Shown in pieces: positions 10,014 through 20,099 of a stretch of DNA of 64,000 nucleotides (position 1 is its first letter; the number at the start of each line of letters is the position of its first letter). Made by a program: the position numbers and the translations under genes. A model generated the notes under the pieces. The model was not told the origin of the DNA and did not search any database. It saw only the letters and a list, made by a program, of their open reading frames with translations. The stretch spans positions 6,307 through 70,306 of the forward strand of contig CAZMOX010000002.1 in assembly GCA_964567895.1 (NCBI GenBank). The letters run 5' to 3'. Source of the stretch: an uncultured Spirochaetales bacterium. GTDB lineage: Bacteria; Spirochaetota; Spirochaetia; JABMQR01.

Positions 10014-10787
10014 ATGCAGTATTTTGATACTCACGCTCACATTGGTTTAATCCATGAAGATCAAATAGAACAATTACTCATAATTCAGCAGGCTAAAAGG
10101 TCTGAAGTTAAGCATATCGTAAGTATCTGCAATAGCCTCAGTGACTTTTTTCAGGTATATGACAACTTGAAAACTGCATCAAACGTCTACCACGCTGTTG
10201 GTGTATCACCTTCAGAGGTAGCTAATCCTGGAATTGATTGGGAACAAAAGGTATTAAAAGGTGCTGGCTTTGATCGTATAGTAGCGATTGGAGAGATCGG
10301 TCTTGATTATTACAGAAAATTCGGTGACAAAAAATCACAGATAGAACTTTTTATACACCAGCTTGATATGGCAAAAAAACTAAATCTACCGGTTATTATT
10401 CACAACCGTGAAGCCGGTGCTGATATTATGAATATTCTCTCTGACCGAGTATCTGATAAGGGTGGAATCCTCCATTGTTACTCAGAAGATTATAACTATG
10501 CAAAACGAGCATTGGATCTAAATCTTTATATCTCTTTTGCTGGAAATGTTACATATCGTAATGCAAAAAACCTTCATGAAACTGCAGCAATGATTCCTCT
10601 CGACCGTATTCTTATTGAAACTGAAAGCCCCTTCATGGTGCCTTCACGTTATAAGGGAAAACGGAACAAACCAGCTTACTTAAGCGAAGTTGCTATTGCA
10701 ATTGCTGAAATCCGCGGCGAACCGCTTGAAGAAGTGGCTCCTGCCTTATACGAAAACAGCTTAAGAGTTTTTGGGTTGTCTGAATAA
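10014..10787 (+). CDS. tatD: TatD-family metal-dependent hydrolase/DNase
   Basis: MQYFDTHAHIG... HxH start, EIGLDYY, and the TatD histidine/aspartate pattern. 257 aa. Confidence 0.85.
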   Translation: MQYFDTHAHIGLIHEDQIEQLLIIQQAKRSEVKHIVSICNSLSDFFQVYDNLKTASNVYHAVGVSPSEVANPGIDWEQKVLKGAGFDRIVAIGEIGLDYYRKFGDKKSQIELFIHQLDMAKKLNLPVIIHNREAGADIMNILSDRVSDKGGILHCYSEDYNYAKRALDLNLYISFAGNVTYRNAKNLHETAAMIPLDRILIETESPFMVPSRYKGKRNKPAYLSEVAIAIAEIRGEPLEEVAPALYENSLRVFGLSE

Positions 10788-10852
10788 GTTTTCATATCAT
10801 CAACAACTCTCTCGCAGAAAATGAGCATTTTGAGCATTTTCTTACGCGGTAT

Positions 10853-11893
10853 TTGTGTGAAGGTTACTTTTTGCAGGGGAGTCCAGGAATGGAAAAGCAC
10901 AGACACCTATACCATCCGGTTACCATAGGCTCTATCACCCTTGCCGGTAATCTTTTTCTGGCGCCTCTTGCCGGATTTACTGATCAGGCATTTCGTTCCC
11001 TCTGTGTAAACGAGGGAGCAAATCTCACTTTTTCTGAAATGGTCTCCGCGGAGGGACTTGCCCGAAAAAGTGAAAAAACCAGAGCACTCCTCACCCGGGC
11101 AGAAAATGAGAAAATATTTGCTGTTCAGCTCTTTATGAAAGACGCTGAGACCGCAATGCGTGGGCTTCCCGCTGTAATTGACTATTCTCCGGATATAATT
11201 GATATTAATTGCGGTTGTCCGGTTCCAAAAGTGGTTAAAACCGGTGCGGGATCTGCTCTATTGAAATCTCCTGAAACAATCTATCAGATTGTGCACTCTC
11301 TCAGCAGTGAAACAGATATTCCCATCACCGTGAAAATCCGATCAGGATGGGATAGTAGTAGTATAAACTTCCTTGAGACAGCTGATGCAGCACAGCAGGG
11401 CGGTGCATCGATGATAACACTGCATGCACGTACCAGAGTAGAGGGATATTCCGGCACTGCAAACCGTGAACATATTAAAATCTTAAAACAGACCTCTCCC
11501 GTTCCTATTTTTGGATCCGGGGATCTCTTTTCTCCTGCAGCTGCTCTGCAGATGATTACTGAAACAGGAGTAGATGGTGTTATGTTTGCCCGGGGTACAA
11601 TTGGAAACCCGTTTATCTTTTCTGAAACTCGTCACCTTCTGGAAACCGGGAACATGCCCCCCGGAATTTCAAAGGAGACCCGGGCAGCAGCTTTTCTCAG
11701 CCATCTGGATAAATCTATAATGCTAAAGGGTGAAAACACCGCCTGCAGGGAAATACGCAAGCATGCAGGATCCTATATTAAAGGATTTCCCGGGGCTTCA
11801 GAGATGCGAAGGAAAATTGTTAAGGCTTCTACCAGAAAGGATTATGAACAGGTTTTATCCGATTGGGTAAGTCGGGCGACATTTTCAAACTAA
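10853..11893 (+). CDS. dus: tRNA-dihydrouridine synthase. The start is possibly the internal ATG at ~10889 (MEKHRH...).
   Basis: LAPLAGFTDQAFRSLC, INCGCP and the TIM-barrel Dus family pattern. Confidence 0.85.
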   Translation: MCEGYFLQGSPGMEKHRHLYHPVTIGSITLAGNLFLAPLAGFTDQAFRSLCVNEGANLTFSEMVSAEGLARKSEKTRALLTRAENEKIFAVQLFMKDAETAMRGLPAVIDYSPDIIDINCGCPVPKVVKTGAGSALLKSPETIYQIVHSLSSETDIPITVKIRSGWDSSSINFLETADAAQQGGASMITLHARTRVEGYSGTANREHIKILKQTSPVPIFGSGDLFSPAAALQMITETGVDGVMFARGTIGNPFIFSETRHLLETGNMPPGISKETRAAAFLSHLDKSIMLKGENTACREIRKHAGSYIKGFPGASEMRRKIVKASTRKDYEQVLSDWVSRATFSN

Positions 11894-11999
11894 TCTGATT
11901 GGCGTTTCTATGCTGCCGGTTTTTGGTCAGTTGTTAAGGCAATTGACCAAACATAAACAGAGTGATACTTTTACATCTACACTATAGGGGGCTTAAAAC

Positions 12000-13268
12000 G
12001 TGAAAGTTCTAGTTCTAGGATCAGGCGCAAAAGACCATGCCATAGCGTGGATGTTTTCAAAAAGCAGAAGAATTGCCGGACTATTTTGTGCACCAGGTAA
12101 TGCAGGAACAGCATTGCTTGGGACTAATCTACCTGATATTAACCCATCAGATCCTGAGTCAGTGGCGAAAGCATGCAGAAAATATGGTATCTCTTATGTT
12201 TTTGCCGGAACAGAGGAACCTCTGGCTGCCGGAGTTCCTGACTATCTCCGATCTCTAGGTATTGCAACATTCGGAGCATCTAGCGTTGCAATGAAATTAG
12301 ACGGTGACAGGGCTTTTGCAAGAGCATTTTCTGACTACTATGAAATTCCTACTTCAAAATATTCAAGTTTTTCATCCTTACCTGATTTACAAAAATATCT
12401 TGATCAGAATAAGGGAATACGTTTTGTAATAAAGAAAAATGAACTTGCCCCCAGTCGAATTATGCTTGATTCATCAGACAGTGACAGGCTTCTTGCCTTT
12501 GCAGGCGGACTTCTTAAAGACGGCAATATTATTGTGGAAGAACATTTAAAAGGAATGGCAATTACCCTTACTGTCCTTATAGACGAAAAAGGGTATATGC
12601 TCCTTCCTGTCTGTTCTGATTATACCAAAGCAAGTGAACAAGAGCAGGGTGCGGCAACAGGCAGCATGGGATCTATATGTCCGGTTCCCGTATTAACGGC
12701 AGACCTTCAGCATCATATTATCAATCATATTATTAAACCGACTGTGGAAGGAATGAAAAAAGAGGGAATGTCCTATAAAGGAGTGCTGATCTTCAGTATC
12801 ATCCTTACAAATGACGGACCCAAATTAGTAGATTACCATGTCAGGTTCAACGATCCTGCAACTCAGGCAATGGCACCGCTGATTCAATCAGATTTTCTCG
12901 ATATTATTGAGGCATTGCAAACCCAGAACATTGAAGATTTTAATCTTGAGATTTCAAATCAATCATCTGTAGCAGTTGTAGTGGCCAGTCAGGGATATCC
13001 GGAAAATCCGGTAATAGAACGCGAAGTATCCGAACTCCCCTTCTTCTCCAAAAACGCTATTGTCTACAACTCAGCAATGCTCTTCTATGGAGCCGCACAA
13101 GAATCAGAAAATAAGCTGATCACAAATGGCGGCCGCTGTTTTTCTGTTGTTGGTTTGGGCACAAATATTATTGAGGCAAATTCCCAGGCATACTCATATA
13201 TCAAAGACATTCGCTTTGAAGGATCCTGGTATCGTAAAGATATTGGTAATAAATTTTTCGAAGATTGA
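12000..13268 (+). CDS. purD: Phosphoribosylamine--glycine ligase (GTG start)
   Basis: MKVLVLGSGAKDHAIAW... and ATP-grasp. 422 aa. GGGGG RBS-like run upstream of GTG. Confidence 0.85.
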   Translation: MKVLVLGSGAKDHAIAWMFSKSRRIAGLFCAPGNAGTALLGTNLPDINPSDPESVAKACRKYGISYVFAGTEEPLAAGVPDYLRSLGIATFGASSVAMKLDGDRAFARAFSDYYEIPTSKYSSFSSLPDLQKYLDQNKGIRFVIKKNELAPSRIMLDSSDSDRLLAFAGGLLKDGNIIVEEHLKGMAITLTVLIDEKGYMLLPVCSDYTKASEQEQGAATGSMGSICPVPVLTADLQHHIINHIIKPTVEGMKKEGMSYKGVLIFSIILTNDGPKLVDYHVRFNDPATQAMAPLIQSDFLDIIEALQTQNIEDFNLEISNQSSVAVVVASQGYPENPVIEREVSELPFFSKNAIVYNSAMLFYGAAQESENKLITNGGRCFSVVGLGTNIIEANSQAYSYIKDIRFEGSWYRKDIGNKFFED

Positions 13269-13279
13269 GTTAATTTCGA

Positions 13280-14011
13280 CTATTTTTGCTGACGCTGAAT
13301 CTCATACATCATTATTCCGGCAGCCACTGATATATTCAGTGAATCAATATGACCGGATGTAGGAATCGATATAACTCTGTCACAAGTTTCCAAAACCAAA
13401 CGGCTAAGCCCTTTTCCTTCAGCTCCAAGAACCACTACTGTTTTTCCCGTCATATTTACCGAGGATATTGCTTCACCATTCATGTCAGCACCGTAAATCC
13501 AATAGCCCTGTTCTTTTAACTGATCAAGAGCCCTAACCAGGTTTGGTACGATGGCATAGGGGACATACTCAGCAGCACCGGACGATACTTTATATACCGT
13601 AGAATTCACCTGTGCACTCCTTCTTTCTGGAAGCAGCAGCAAATCGATAGAAAACTGATCAGCACTTCGCATTACAGCACCAAGATTCTGCGGGTCGGTG
13701 ACTCCATCCAAAACAACTACGACAGACTTCTCTGCATGTTTACTCGATGTAAGGAATCCCGCAAAACTGGTATTCTTAGTCTTCGTTTTTCCACCAGAGA
13801 TAATGAGGACTGCTCCGCGATGGCTCCGTCCTTCTGATAGAGAGTCAAGATCTTTTTCACTTGATGATCGAACGGTGACATTCAATGATAAAGCCAGTTT
13901 TTCCAACTGTTCATTTCTTTTATGACTTTTTTTGTGCAAATGCAGTTCAGCTCCAGAGCATTCCCCCTTCAAAGCCTCTTCTACTGCATGAAAACCAATA
14001 ACTACTCTCAT
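13280..14011 (-). CDS. rlmB: 23S rRNA (Gm2251) 2'-O-methyltransferase, SpoU/TrmH family
   Basis: SpoU methylase motifs (LDGVTDPQNLGAVMRSA, GAEGKGLS, SLNISVAAGI). Confidence 0.8.
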   Translation of the reverse strand: MRVVIGFHAVEEALKGECSGAELHLHKKSHKRNEQLEKLALSLNVTVRSSSEKDLDSLSEGRSHRGAVLIISGGKTKTKNTSFAGFLTSSKHAEKSVVVVLDGVTDPQNLGAVMRSADQFSIDLLLLPERRSAQVNSTVYKVSSGAAEYVPYAIVPNLVRALDQLKEQGYWIYGADMNGEAISSVNMTGKTVVVLGAEGKGLSRLVLETCDRVISIPTSGHIDSLNISVAAGIMMYEIQRQQK

Positions 14012-14014
14012 TTT

Positions 14015-15142
14015 TTACAGGTCTACTAATAGAACCGGATCCGGTGCTGCATCTTCGCCCAGCACATCAGCAAGCTCACGCATTAAAGCTTTTGCTTTCA
14101 TAGAGAGGCGTTTAGGGGTTTCAATTTGCAGTTTTATATACATATCACCTCTATGCTCCTTACTATTCAGGTAGGGAACACCTCTTCCTTTAACACGAAG
14201 CATTTTTCCATTCTGTACACCGGACGGTATCTTGACTTTTATTCGAAGGCCGTCAATTGTTTGCACTTCAATATCTCCACCTAATGAGGACTGAGTTATA
14301 GAAATTGGGATAACACAGTAAAGATCATTTCCATCCCGTTCAAAATATTTGTGTGCACGAACAGTAACATATACATAAAGATCCCCGGCAGGGCCGCTAT
14401 TCGGTCCGGCATCTCCCTGTCCAGCTAAGCTTATGCGTTTACCGGTAGCAATTCCAGCCGGAATATTTACCTTTATTTTTTGCTGTTTTTTTGCAATTCC
14501 TGAACCACGGCAGGAGCTGCATGGATGTTCAATAACATACCCTTCTCCACCACAGGACGGGCATGCAGCTGCTATGGAGAAAAATCCTGAGTTTCTACGA
14601 ACTTGTCCTGAACCACCACAAGAAGTACAAACAGATCGTTTGGAACCTGACTCAGCACCGGTTCCGCCGCAGCTGGAACATGCCACATTATGGATATAGG
14701 AGATTTCAGCTTTTTTACCAAAAACGGCATCTTTAAAATCTATGTCCAGATTGTAACGAAGGTTTGCTCCTCGTGCCGGTCCCCCACCATCTCTTCCTCC
14801 GCGGGATCGTCCACCACCACCGCCAAAAAACGAGTCGAAGGCTCCACCAAAATCACCAAAAATATCACTAAAATCTCTAAATACTGTGGAATAATCATGA
14901 GAACCGCCGTTCATTCCTTCAAGTCCTGCAAATCCAAACTGATCATAAGTAGATTTTTTCTGAGCATTGCTCAAAACTTCATAAGATTCGGTAGCTTCTT
15001 TAAATCTGCTTTCAGCCTCAGAATCTCCAGGATTCTTATCCGGATGATATTTAACAGCAAGCTTTCTGTATGCTTTTTTTATCTCATCTGCAGTTGCGTT
15101 TTTTTGAACATTTAAAACTTCGTAATAATCCCTTTTTGCCAA
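14015..15142 (-). CDS. dnaJ: Chaperone DnaJ
   Basis: J domain with HPD (KYHPDKNP), G/F region, and four CxxCxGxG zinc-finger repeats. Confidence 0.95.
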   Translation of the reverse strand: MAKRDYYEVLNVQKNATADEIKKAYRKLAVKYHPDKNPGDSEAESRFKEATESYEVLSNAQKKSTYDQFGFAGLEGMNGGSHDYSTVFRDFSDIFGDFGGAFDSFFGGGGGRSRGGRDGGGPARGANLRYNLDIDFKDAVFGKKAEISYIHNVACSSCGGTGAESGSKRSVCTSCGGSGQVRRNSGFFSIAAACPSCGGEGYVIEHPCSSCRGSGIAKKQQKIKVNIPAGIATGKRISLAGQGDAGPNSGPAGDLYVYVTVRAHKYFERDGNDLYCVIPISITQSSLGGDIEVQTIDGLRIKVKIPSGVQNGKMLRVKGRGVPYLNSKEHRGDMYIKLQIETPKRLSMKAKALMRELADVLGEDAAPDPVLLVDL

Positions 15143-15340
15143 AGCTGTCTCTACCTCTATGTACTAATTTCTGCTGTTTTCTATAACAACATTATTTTCT
15201 TCACCGGAAAGCATACTTTTGTAAAAATAATATACTTTACATCTCATTCCAAGACCTGTCGAACTCAATCGGATCAGAATAGCTAAGCCCTTCCTGCATA
15301 ATCTGCATTGGAAGGGCTCAGTATATAGTATTACGTTGTC

Positions 15341-17272
15341 TTAGTCATCCACAACTTCAAAATCAGCATCCTCAACATTGTCATCACCGGATGGTCCCTG
15401 CCGGGGCTGTTCTTCAGCTCCTGCTGCTCCGTCGGCGGCACCATCCGCTCCTGGCTGCTGCTGGTCTGCAGATTGTTTGTAGACCTCTTCTGCAAGCTTA
15501 TAAGCTGCCTGCTGCAGTGCTTCAGTCTTCGTCTTAATACTCTCTAAATCACCGGATTCCAGTGCTGACTTCAGATCAGCCTTAGCCTGCTCAATAGCTG
15601 CCTTGTCTTCATCTGAAATTTTATCACCGAACTCTTTAAGGGACTTATCTGTGGTATACATAAGGTTATCTGCAGCATTCCGTGCTTCAATACTCTCTCT
15701 CTCCTGCTTATCCTCAGCTGCATGCATTTCTGCTTCTTTCACCATTTTCTCAATTTCACTATCAGAGAGACCTGAGGAGGATTCGATTCGGATTTTCTGC
15801 TCTTTTCCTGTTCCCAGGTCTTTAGCTGAAACATGAACTATACCATTTGCATCTATATCAAAGGTTACTTCAATCTGAGGCACTCCGCGAGGTGCTGAAG
15901 GTATACCGATGAGATCAAACTTACCGAGAGTTCTGTTCATCGAGGCCATCTCACGCTCGCCCTGGAGGACGTGTATTGAAACTGCTGTCTGATTATCAGC
16001 TGCAGTTGAGAAGGTCTGACTCTTCCTTGTAGGAATCGTGGTATTTCTCTCAATTAATTTTGTAAATACTCCGCCAAGAGTTTCAATACCTAATGACAGC
16101 GGTGTTACGTCCAGAAGCAGGACATCTTTTACATCGCCTCCAAGAATTCCACCCTGGATTGCAGCACCCATAGCTACTACTTCATCCGGGTTAACTCCTC
16201 TGTGAGGTTCCTGTTGGAACAGTTCTTTAACTGCTGCTTGTACAGCCGGTATTCTTGTTGATCCACCCACCAGAATTATCTTATCTATATCTGCAGGTAC
16301 TACTCCTGCATCTTTCATAGCTTTTCTGCAGGGTTCTTTAGTTTTTTCAATAAGGTCTTGAACCATCTGCTCAAATTTAGCCCGGGTAAGGTTAATCTGA
16401 AGGTGTTTTGGTCCGGAGGCATCTGCTGTAACAAAGGGAAGATTGATATCAGTTGACTGACGGCTGGAAAGCTCTATTTTTGCTTTTTCAGCTGCTTCAC
16501 GAAGTCTCTGAAGAGCCATTCTGTCTTTAGAGAGATCAATTCCGGTATCAGCCTTGAAGGTAGAAACCAACCAGTCCATTATGCGCTGATCAAAGTTATC
16601 TCCACCAAGATGCGTATCACCGTTTGTTGATTTTACCTCGAAAACTCCATCACCCAGCTCAAGTACTGAGACATCAAAGGTTCCACCACCAAGGTCGTAT
16701 ACAGCTATTTTCTCTTCATGATTACTATCTTTACCAAAGCCGTAAGCCAGAGAAGCTGCGGTTGGCTCATTAACGATTCTCTTTACTTCAAGACCGGCGA
16801 TTTTCCCTGCATCTTTTGTAGCCTGTCTTTGTGCATCGTTAAAGTAGGCCGGAACTGTTATGACTGCTTCTGTTACAGCCTCACCCAGATAATCCTCAGC
16901 GGTCTGTTTCATTTTCTGCAATACTGCTGCTGAGATTTCCTGAGGTGAATAATCTTTCCCTTGGGCTTCTACACGAACGGTACCACCGGCTGAATCTATT
17001 ATTTTGTACGGTACCATTTTTATTTCTGATGGTACTTCTGCATATCGTCTCCCGACAAATCTCTTTATAGAGTAGATTGTATTCTCAGGATTTGTAACAA
17101 TCTGATTTTTTGCCGGTTGTCCAACAAGTCGCTCGCCTTTAGTGGTGAATCCAACGATTGATGGTGTGGTGCGCTGGCCTTCAGAGTTCTGAATAACTAC
17201 TGGTTCACCCCCTTCCATTACTGCAACACAAGAGTTTGTAGTTCCTAAATCAATTCCAATGATACGTCCCAT
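15341..17272 (-). CDS. dnaK: Chaperone DnaK (Hsp70)
   Basis: [22 protein letters not shown], and the full Hsp70 architecture. 643 aa. Confidence 0.97.
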   Translation of the reverse strand: MGRIIGIDLGTTNSCVAVMEGGEPVVIQNSEGQRTTPSIVGFTTKGERLVGQPAKNQIVTNPENTIYSIKRFVGRRYAEVPSEIKMVPYKIIDSAGGTVRVEAQGKDYSPQEISAAVLQKMKQTAEDYLGEAVTEAVITVPAYFNDAQRQATKDAGKIAGLEVKRIVNEPTAASLAYGFGKDSNHEEKIAVYDLGGGTFDVSVLELGDGVFEVKSTNGDTHLGGDNFDQRIMDWLVSTFKADTGIDLSKDRMALQRLREAAEKAKIELSSRQSTDINLPFVTADASGPKHLQINLTRAKFEQMVQDLIEKTKEPCRKAMKDAGVVPADIDKIILVGGSTRIPAVQAAVKELFQQEPHRGVNPDEVVAMGAAIQGGILGGDVKDVLLLDVTPLSLGIETLGGVFTKLIERNTTIPTRKSQTFSTAADNQTAVSIHVLQGEREMASMNRTLGKFDLIGIPSAPRGVPQIEVTFDIDANGIVHVSAKDLGTGKEQKIRIESSSGLSDSEIEKMVKEAEMHAAEDKQERESIEARNAADNLMYTTDKSLKEFGDKISDEDKAAIEQAKADLKSALESGDLESIKTKTEALQQAAYKLAEEVYKQSADQQQPGADGAADGAAGAEEQPRQGPSGDDNVEDADFEVVDD

Positions 17273-17368
17273 GTATCTGTCTCCTTATCTTCAATTATGT
17301 ATGAGGTTCTTTTAAAATTTCCTCATGTTATATACATTTTGATAGCAACTTCCAAAATCGGCTTAATT

Positions 17369-18028
17369 TTATTTTGTTTTTTTTCCGGATTTTTTCTTCG
17401 CTTCTTTCTTTTTCACCTCTTCTACCGGAGGAATGCCCACTTTTACTTTAGCGTGGCGCAATACCCGGTCATGAAGAAAGTAACCTTTCTGATAGTCCTC
17501 AATAATAGTCTGGATCGAACAATCATCACACTCTTCCATCATCAGGGCTTCATGTTCCTGGGGATCAAACTCTTTCCCAACAGTATCCATTCTTTTCAAG
17601 CCCCAGTTTCGTTCCAACATCCCGACAAATTGTTTCTCTATCAGGCGAAATCCTGAAAGAAAGCTATCAAAATCCTCTGAACTTTCAGCAGACCCAATTG
17701 CCCGCTCAAAATCATCAATAACCGAAACCAGATCAGCGAGAAGGTTTGAATTTGCATATTTAATTGCATCTTCTTTCTCTCTGAACATCCTCTTTCTAAA
17801 GTTATCAAAATCTGCCTGTTTTCTAAGAAGCTGATCTTTCAAATCTGCATTATCAATCTCTAACTTTCCTACATTCTCCTGCAATTGTAATAATTCCTGC
17901 TCTTCCGGTGTAAGCACATCAGTCTCAACACTAGAGTCTTTTTCAGAAGTTTTCTGATTTTCTTTAGCAGCAGTTTCCAAAGTTTCCTCTTCTCCTGCTG
18001 CAGTTGCCTGTTCTTTCTCTTCAGCCAT
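17369..18028 (-). CDS. grpE: Nucleotide exchange factor GrpE
   Basis: RKQADFDNFRKR... GrpE coiled-coil and beta domain. Acidic N-terminus. Confidence 0.9.
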   Translation of the reverse strand: MAEEKEQATAAGEEETLETAAKENQKTSEKDSSVETDVLTPEEQELLQLQENVGKLEIDNADLKDQLLRKQADFDNFRKRMFREKEDAIKYANSNLLADLVSVIDDFERAIGSAESSEDFDSFLSGFRLIEKQFVGMLERNWGLKRMDTVGKEFDPQEHEALMMEECDDCSIQTIIEDYQKGYFLHDRVLRHAKVKVGIPPVEEVKKKEAKKKSGKKTK

Positions 18029-18130
18029 CTACATCCCCTATGCATATTAATAAACCCAGTCCATTTTCTGAGCATTTTTTTATATAAATGAAGCTCTATC
18101 AAAAACACTCATTCTTGACAGAGCTATACC

Positions 18131-18161
18131 TTAGAATAAGATGTTTCGCATCTTATTCTAA
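18131..18161. promoter_or_regulatory. Perfect 13-bp inverted repeat TTAGAATAAGATG-N5-CATCTTATTCTAA, ~100 bp upstream of grpE. Candidate operator; not a CIRCE consensus.
   Basis: Read directly from the sequence. No flanking U-tract on either strand, so not terminator-like. Confidence 0.45.
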
Positions 18162-18283
18162 AAAAGTATGTATTGCATACTTCGCTTACCACGCAGGTAT
18201 GCTAACTGCACCCTAAACATACTAAGATATTTTTACTGGCGTCAAGTAATTTAAGAATTTAGATCTATTTTTTAGAATTTTTT

Positions 18284-19336
18284 TTATGATTCAGTAAAGT
18301 CCATCAATTCAAGGATTAATTCCACCTCGCCCCGGGGAATCCCGGACAACTCTGCTATACGGGCGGTATCAACTCCTTCCTTTGCATAACCCTCTACAAT
18401 ATCGCGTTTAGTCATTTTTTGTTCGACCTCTTCCGGCTCATCATCCAGGAAAAAGTCTTCATCATCGTCATCAAAGTTCACTTCTTCGACTATCTCATCT
18501 TCTTCATCATCGTCATCAAAGTTCACTTTTTCTTCCTCTTCTTCTTCTTCCTCTTCTTCTTCCTCTTCTTCTTCTATGTAAATTGGCTCTGGCTCTGGCT
18601 CTGGCTCAGGTACCGATTCTGTTTCTGTTTCTGTTTCTGTTTCTGGTTCTGGTTCTGGTTCTGTTTCCGGCTCCGATCTCCGGTCTCCCGTCTCCGGTAA
18701 TTCCCTATCTTCTCCTTTATGAGAAATCATCTCTACAGCCTTTTCTGCTGCTGCTGAAATTTTAGAATCAGCAGCTTCCAGCTTTTCGCCTACTTCCCGT
18801 ACAAAGTTATCAATACACTCCACACGCGACTTTTCTACTTGCTCTAAGACTTCACCATCAAGTAAAGTTATCCGTTCCTCCAGCGCAGCTGTCTCGCGGA
18901 TAAAGGCTTCAACTTTTTTCTCCATTTCGGCAACGCTTTCTGTTTCAACTTTAAGCTTTTGTAACCGTTTTTCGGCCTTTTGCGTAAGAACACTCAACTC
19001 ATTTAAAATTCGATGATAATGAGATGTATATGACTGTAATTTTTGAAGGTCGTCAGCATGTCTGTCAAGCTCAGTTAGAGACCCGTCCACTTTCTTCAGG
19101 AGAGCACTAACGGTAATTTCATGCCCCTGCACAGAATCTTCCATAGACTCTACCGAGGTACGCATTTTTTTAAACTTCTCATCAAGTTCATCCTGCATAT
19201 TTTCCATAAGTGTTTTTACAAGATGTATTTGCCGATCTTTTTTATCCAACTGTCGGTAGAAGATAATAATAAAAATAGTAATGAGAAATAGCCCAATATC
19301 TATAAGAATATACGTTGAATTCATAACTCTCTCCAA
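18284..19336 (-). CDS. Hypothetical membrane-anchored coiled-coil protein with hyper-acidic repeat region and C-terminal HTH-like segment
   Basis: N-terminal TM helix (ILIDIGLFLITIFIIIF) followed by R/K residues. Long heptad-like coiled coil. (EP)n/(ET)n/poly-E/VNFDDDDE x2 region. C-terminal IAELSGIPRGEVELILELM. Confidence 0.6.
   Translation of the reverse strand: MERVMNSTYILIDIGLFLITIFIIIFYRQLDKKDRQIHLVKTLMENMQDELDEKFKKMRTSVESMEDSVQGHEITVSALLKKVDGSLTELDRHADDLQKLQSYTSHYHRILNELSVLTQKAEKRLQKLKVETESVAEMEKKVEAFIRETAALEERITLLDGEVLEQVEKSRVECIDNFVREVGEKLEAADSKISAAAEKAVEMISHKGEDRELPETGDRRSEPETEPEPEPETETETETESVPEPEPEPEPIYIEEEEEEEEEEEEEEEKVNFDDDDEEDEIVEEVNFDDDDEDFFLDDEPEEVEQKMTKRDIVEGYAKEGVDTARIAELSGIPRGEVELILELMDFTES
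18527..18670. repeat. Coding microsatellites: (CTC/TTC)n poly-Glu, (GGCTCT)4, (TCTGTT)4, (TCTGGT)4, plus a 27-bp direct repeat (18459-18481 / 18505-18527)
   Basis: Hexanucleotide tandem arrays encode the EPEPEP/ETETET tracts of the 18284-19336 ORF. Confidence 0.85.
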
Positions 19337-19373
19337 TCATAATGAACAAACTTATTAGTTTGTTCATTTTCCT

Positions 19374-20099
19374 TTACAAAAGCCAACTTGTCAACAACTC
19401 CGGTAAATCTGCATACCGGGAAAAAACAATATCGGCCTGAGGATATTTTTTTCTTGCATTTACCCTGTTTTTTGTGATTAGTGCTGTTTTCATGCCGGCA
19501 GCCCGGGCTCCAATAATATCTTTTGTATAACTGTTACCCACGTACATGATTTCTGCGGGTTTACAACCCAATTTTTCTGCCAGATAGAGGAATGGTTCTA
19601 TTCGGGGCTTTAAGTATCCGGTATCTTCAGAGCAGCAAAATGCATCTGAAAGATCAGACACTTGCAGAGCCTCTGGTTTTATACCAAGAGGGAAATCAGA
19701 GAGAATCCCTAATTTCAAACCCATATTTTTAAGCTCCAACCATGCTCCTCTCACATTTCTATGTGAATGCACAGATTTGAAAACTGTATCCCAACTACCG
19801 TAAATCTTTCTGCTGATCCGGCTCTTTGTTTTGCTGACCAGTTCCCCCTCGGGCAGACGACCCATTGATCTAAGAACCGCTTTAGCCTGCCTGGTTCTGA
19901 AACCTTCTTCAAACTCCTCACCGGCCGCTGCCGCATCACGGAGGATTTTCCTGGCCTGACCGTAGTGATAGAGAAGCTTTGGATTTTTCAAGAGGATTGG
20001 TATCGAGTAGATACCTATCAAAGATTCCGGATAGAGCGTTCCATCTATGTCGAATCCAACTGCCTTAATAGACACACTAACCCCTTCGTTTTCTTTCAC
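19374..20099 (-). CDS. HAD-superfamily hydrolase
   Basis: DIDGTL motif I and C-terminal GNSYTKDIIGARAAGMKTALI motif. Confidence 0.7.
   Translation of the reverse strand: MKENEGVSVSIKAVGFDIDGTLYPESLIGIYSIPILLKNPKLLYHYGQARKILRDAAAAGEEFEEGFRTRQAKAVLRSMGRLPEGELVSKTKSRISRKIYGSWDTVFKSVHSHRNVRGAWLELKNMGLKLGILSDFPLGIKPEALQVSDLSDAFCCSEDTGYLKPRIEPFLYLAEKLGCKPAEIMYVGNSYTKDIIGARAAGMKTALITKNRVNARKKYPQADIVFSRYADLPELLTSWLL

Noticed and set aside
11925-11960. Hairpin TTGGTCA-gttgttaaggcaa-TTGACCAA between dus and purD, considered as a terminator or purine-responsive element
   Set aside because: No U-tract follows it on the plus strand, and the flanking sequence has no resemblance to a purine riboswitch core. 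Possibly a weak dus terminator, but unsupported.
17297-17656. 119-aa plus-strand ORF overlapping the dnaK-grpE junction, and 79-aa minus ORF at 17869-18108
   Set aside because: They overlap the GrpE coding sequence out of frame. The translations are low complexity (FFLRFFLFHLFYRR / lysine-rich). Likely spurious.
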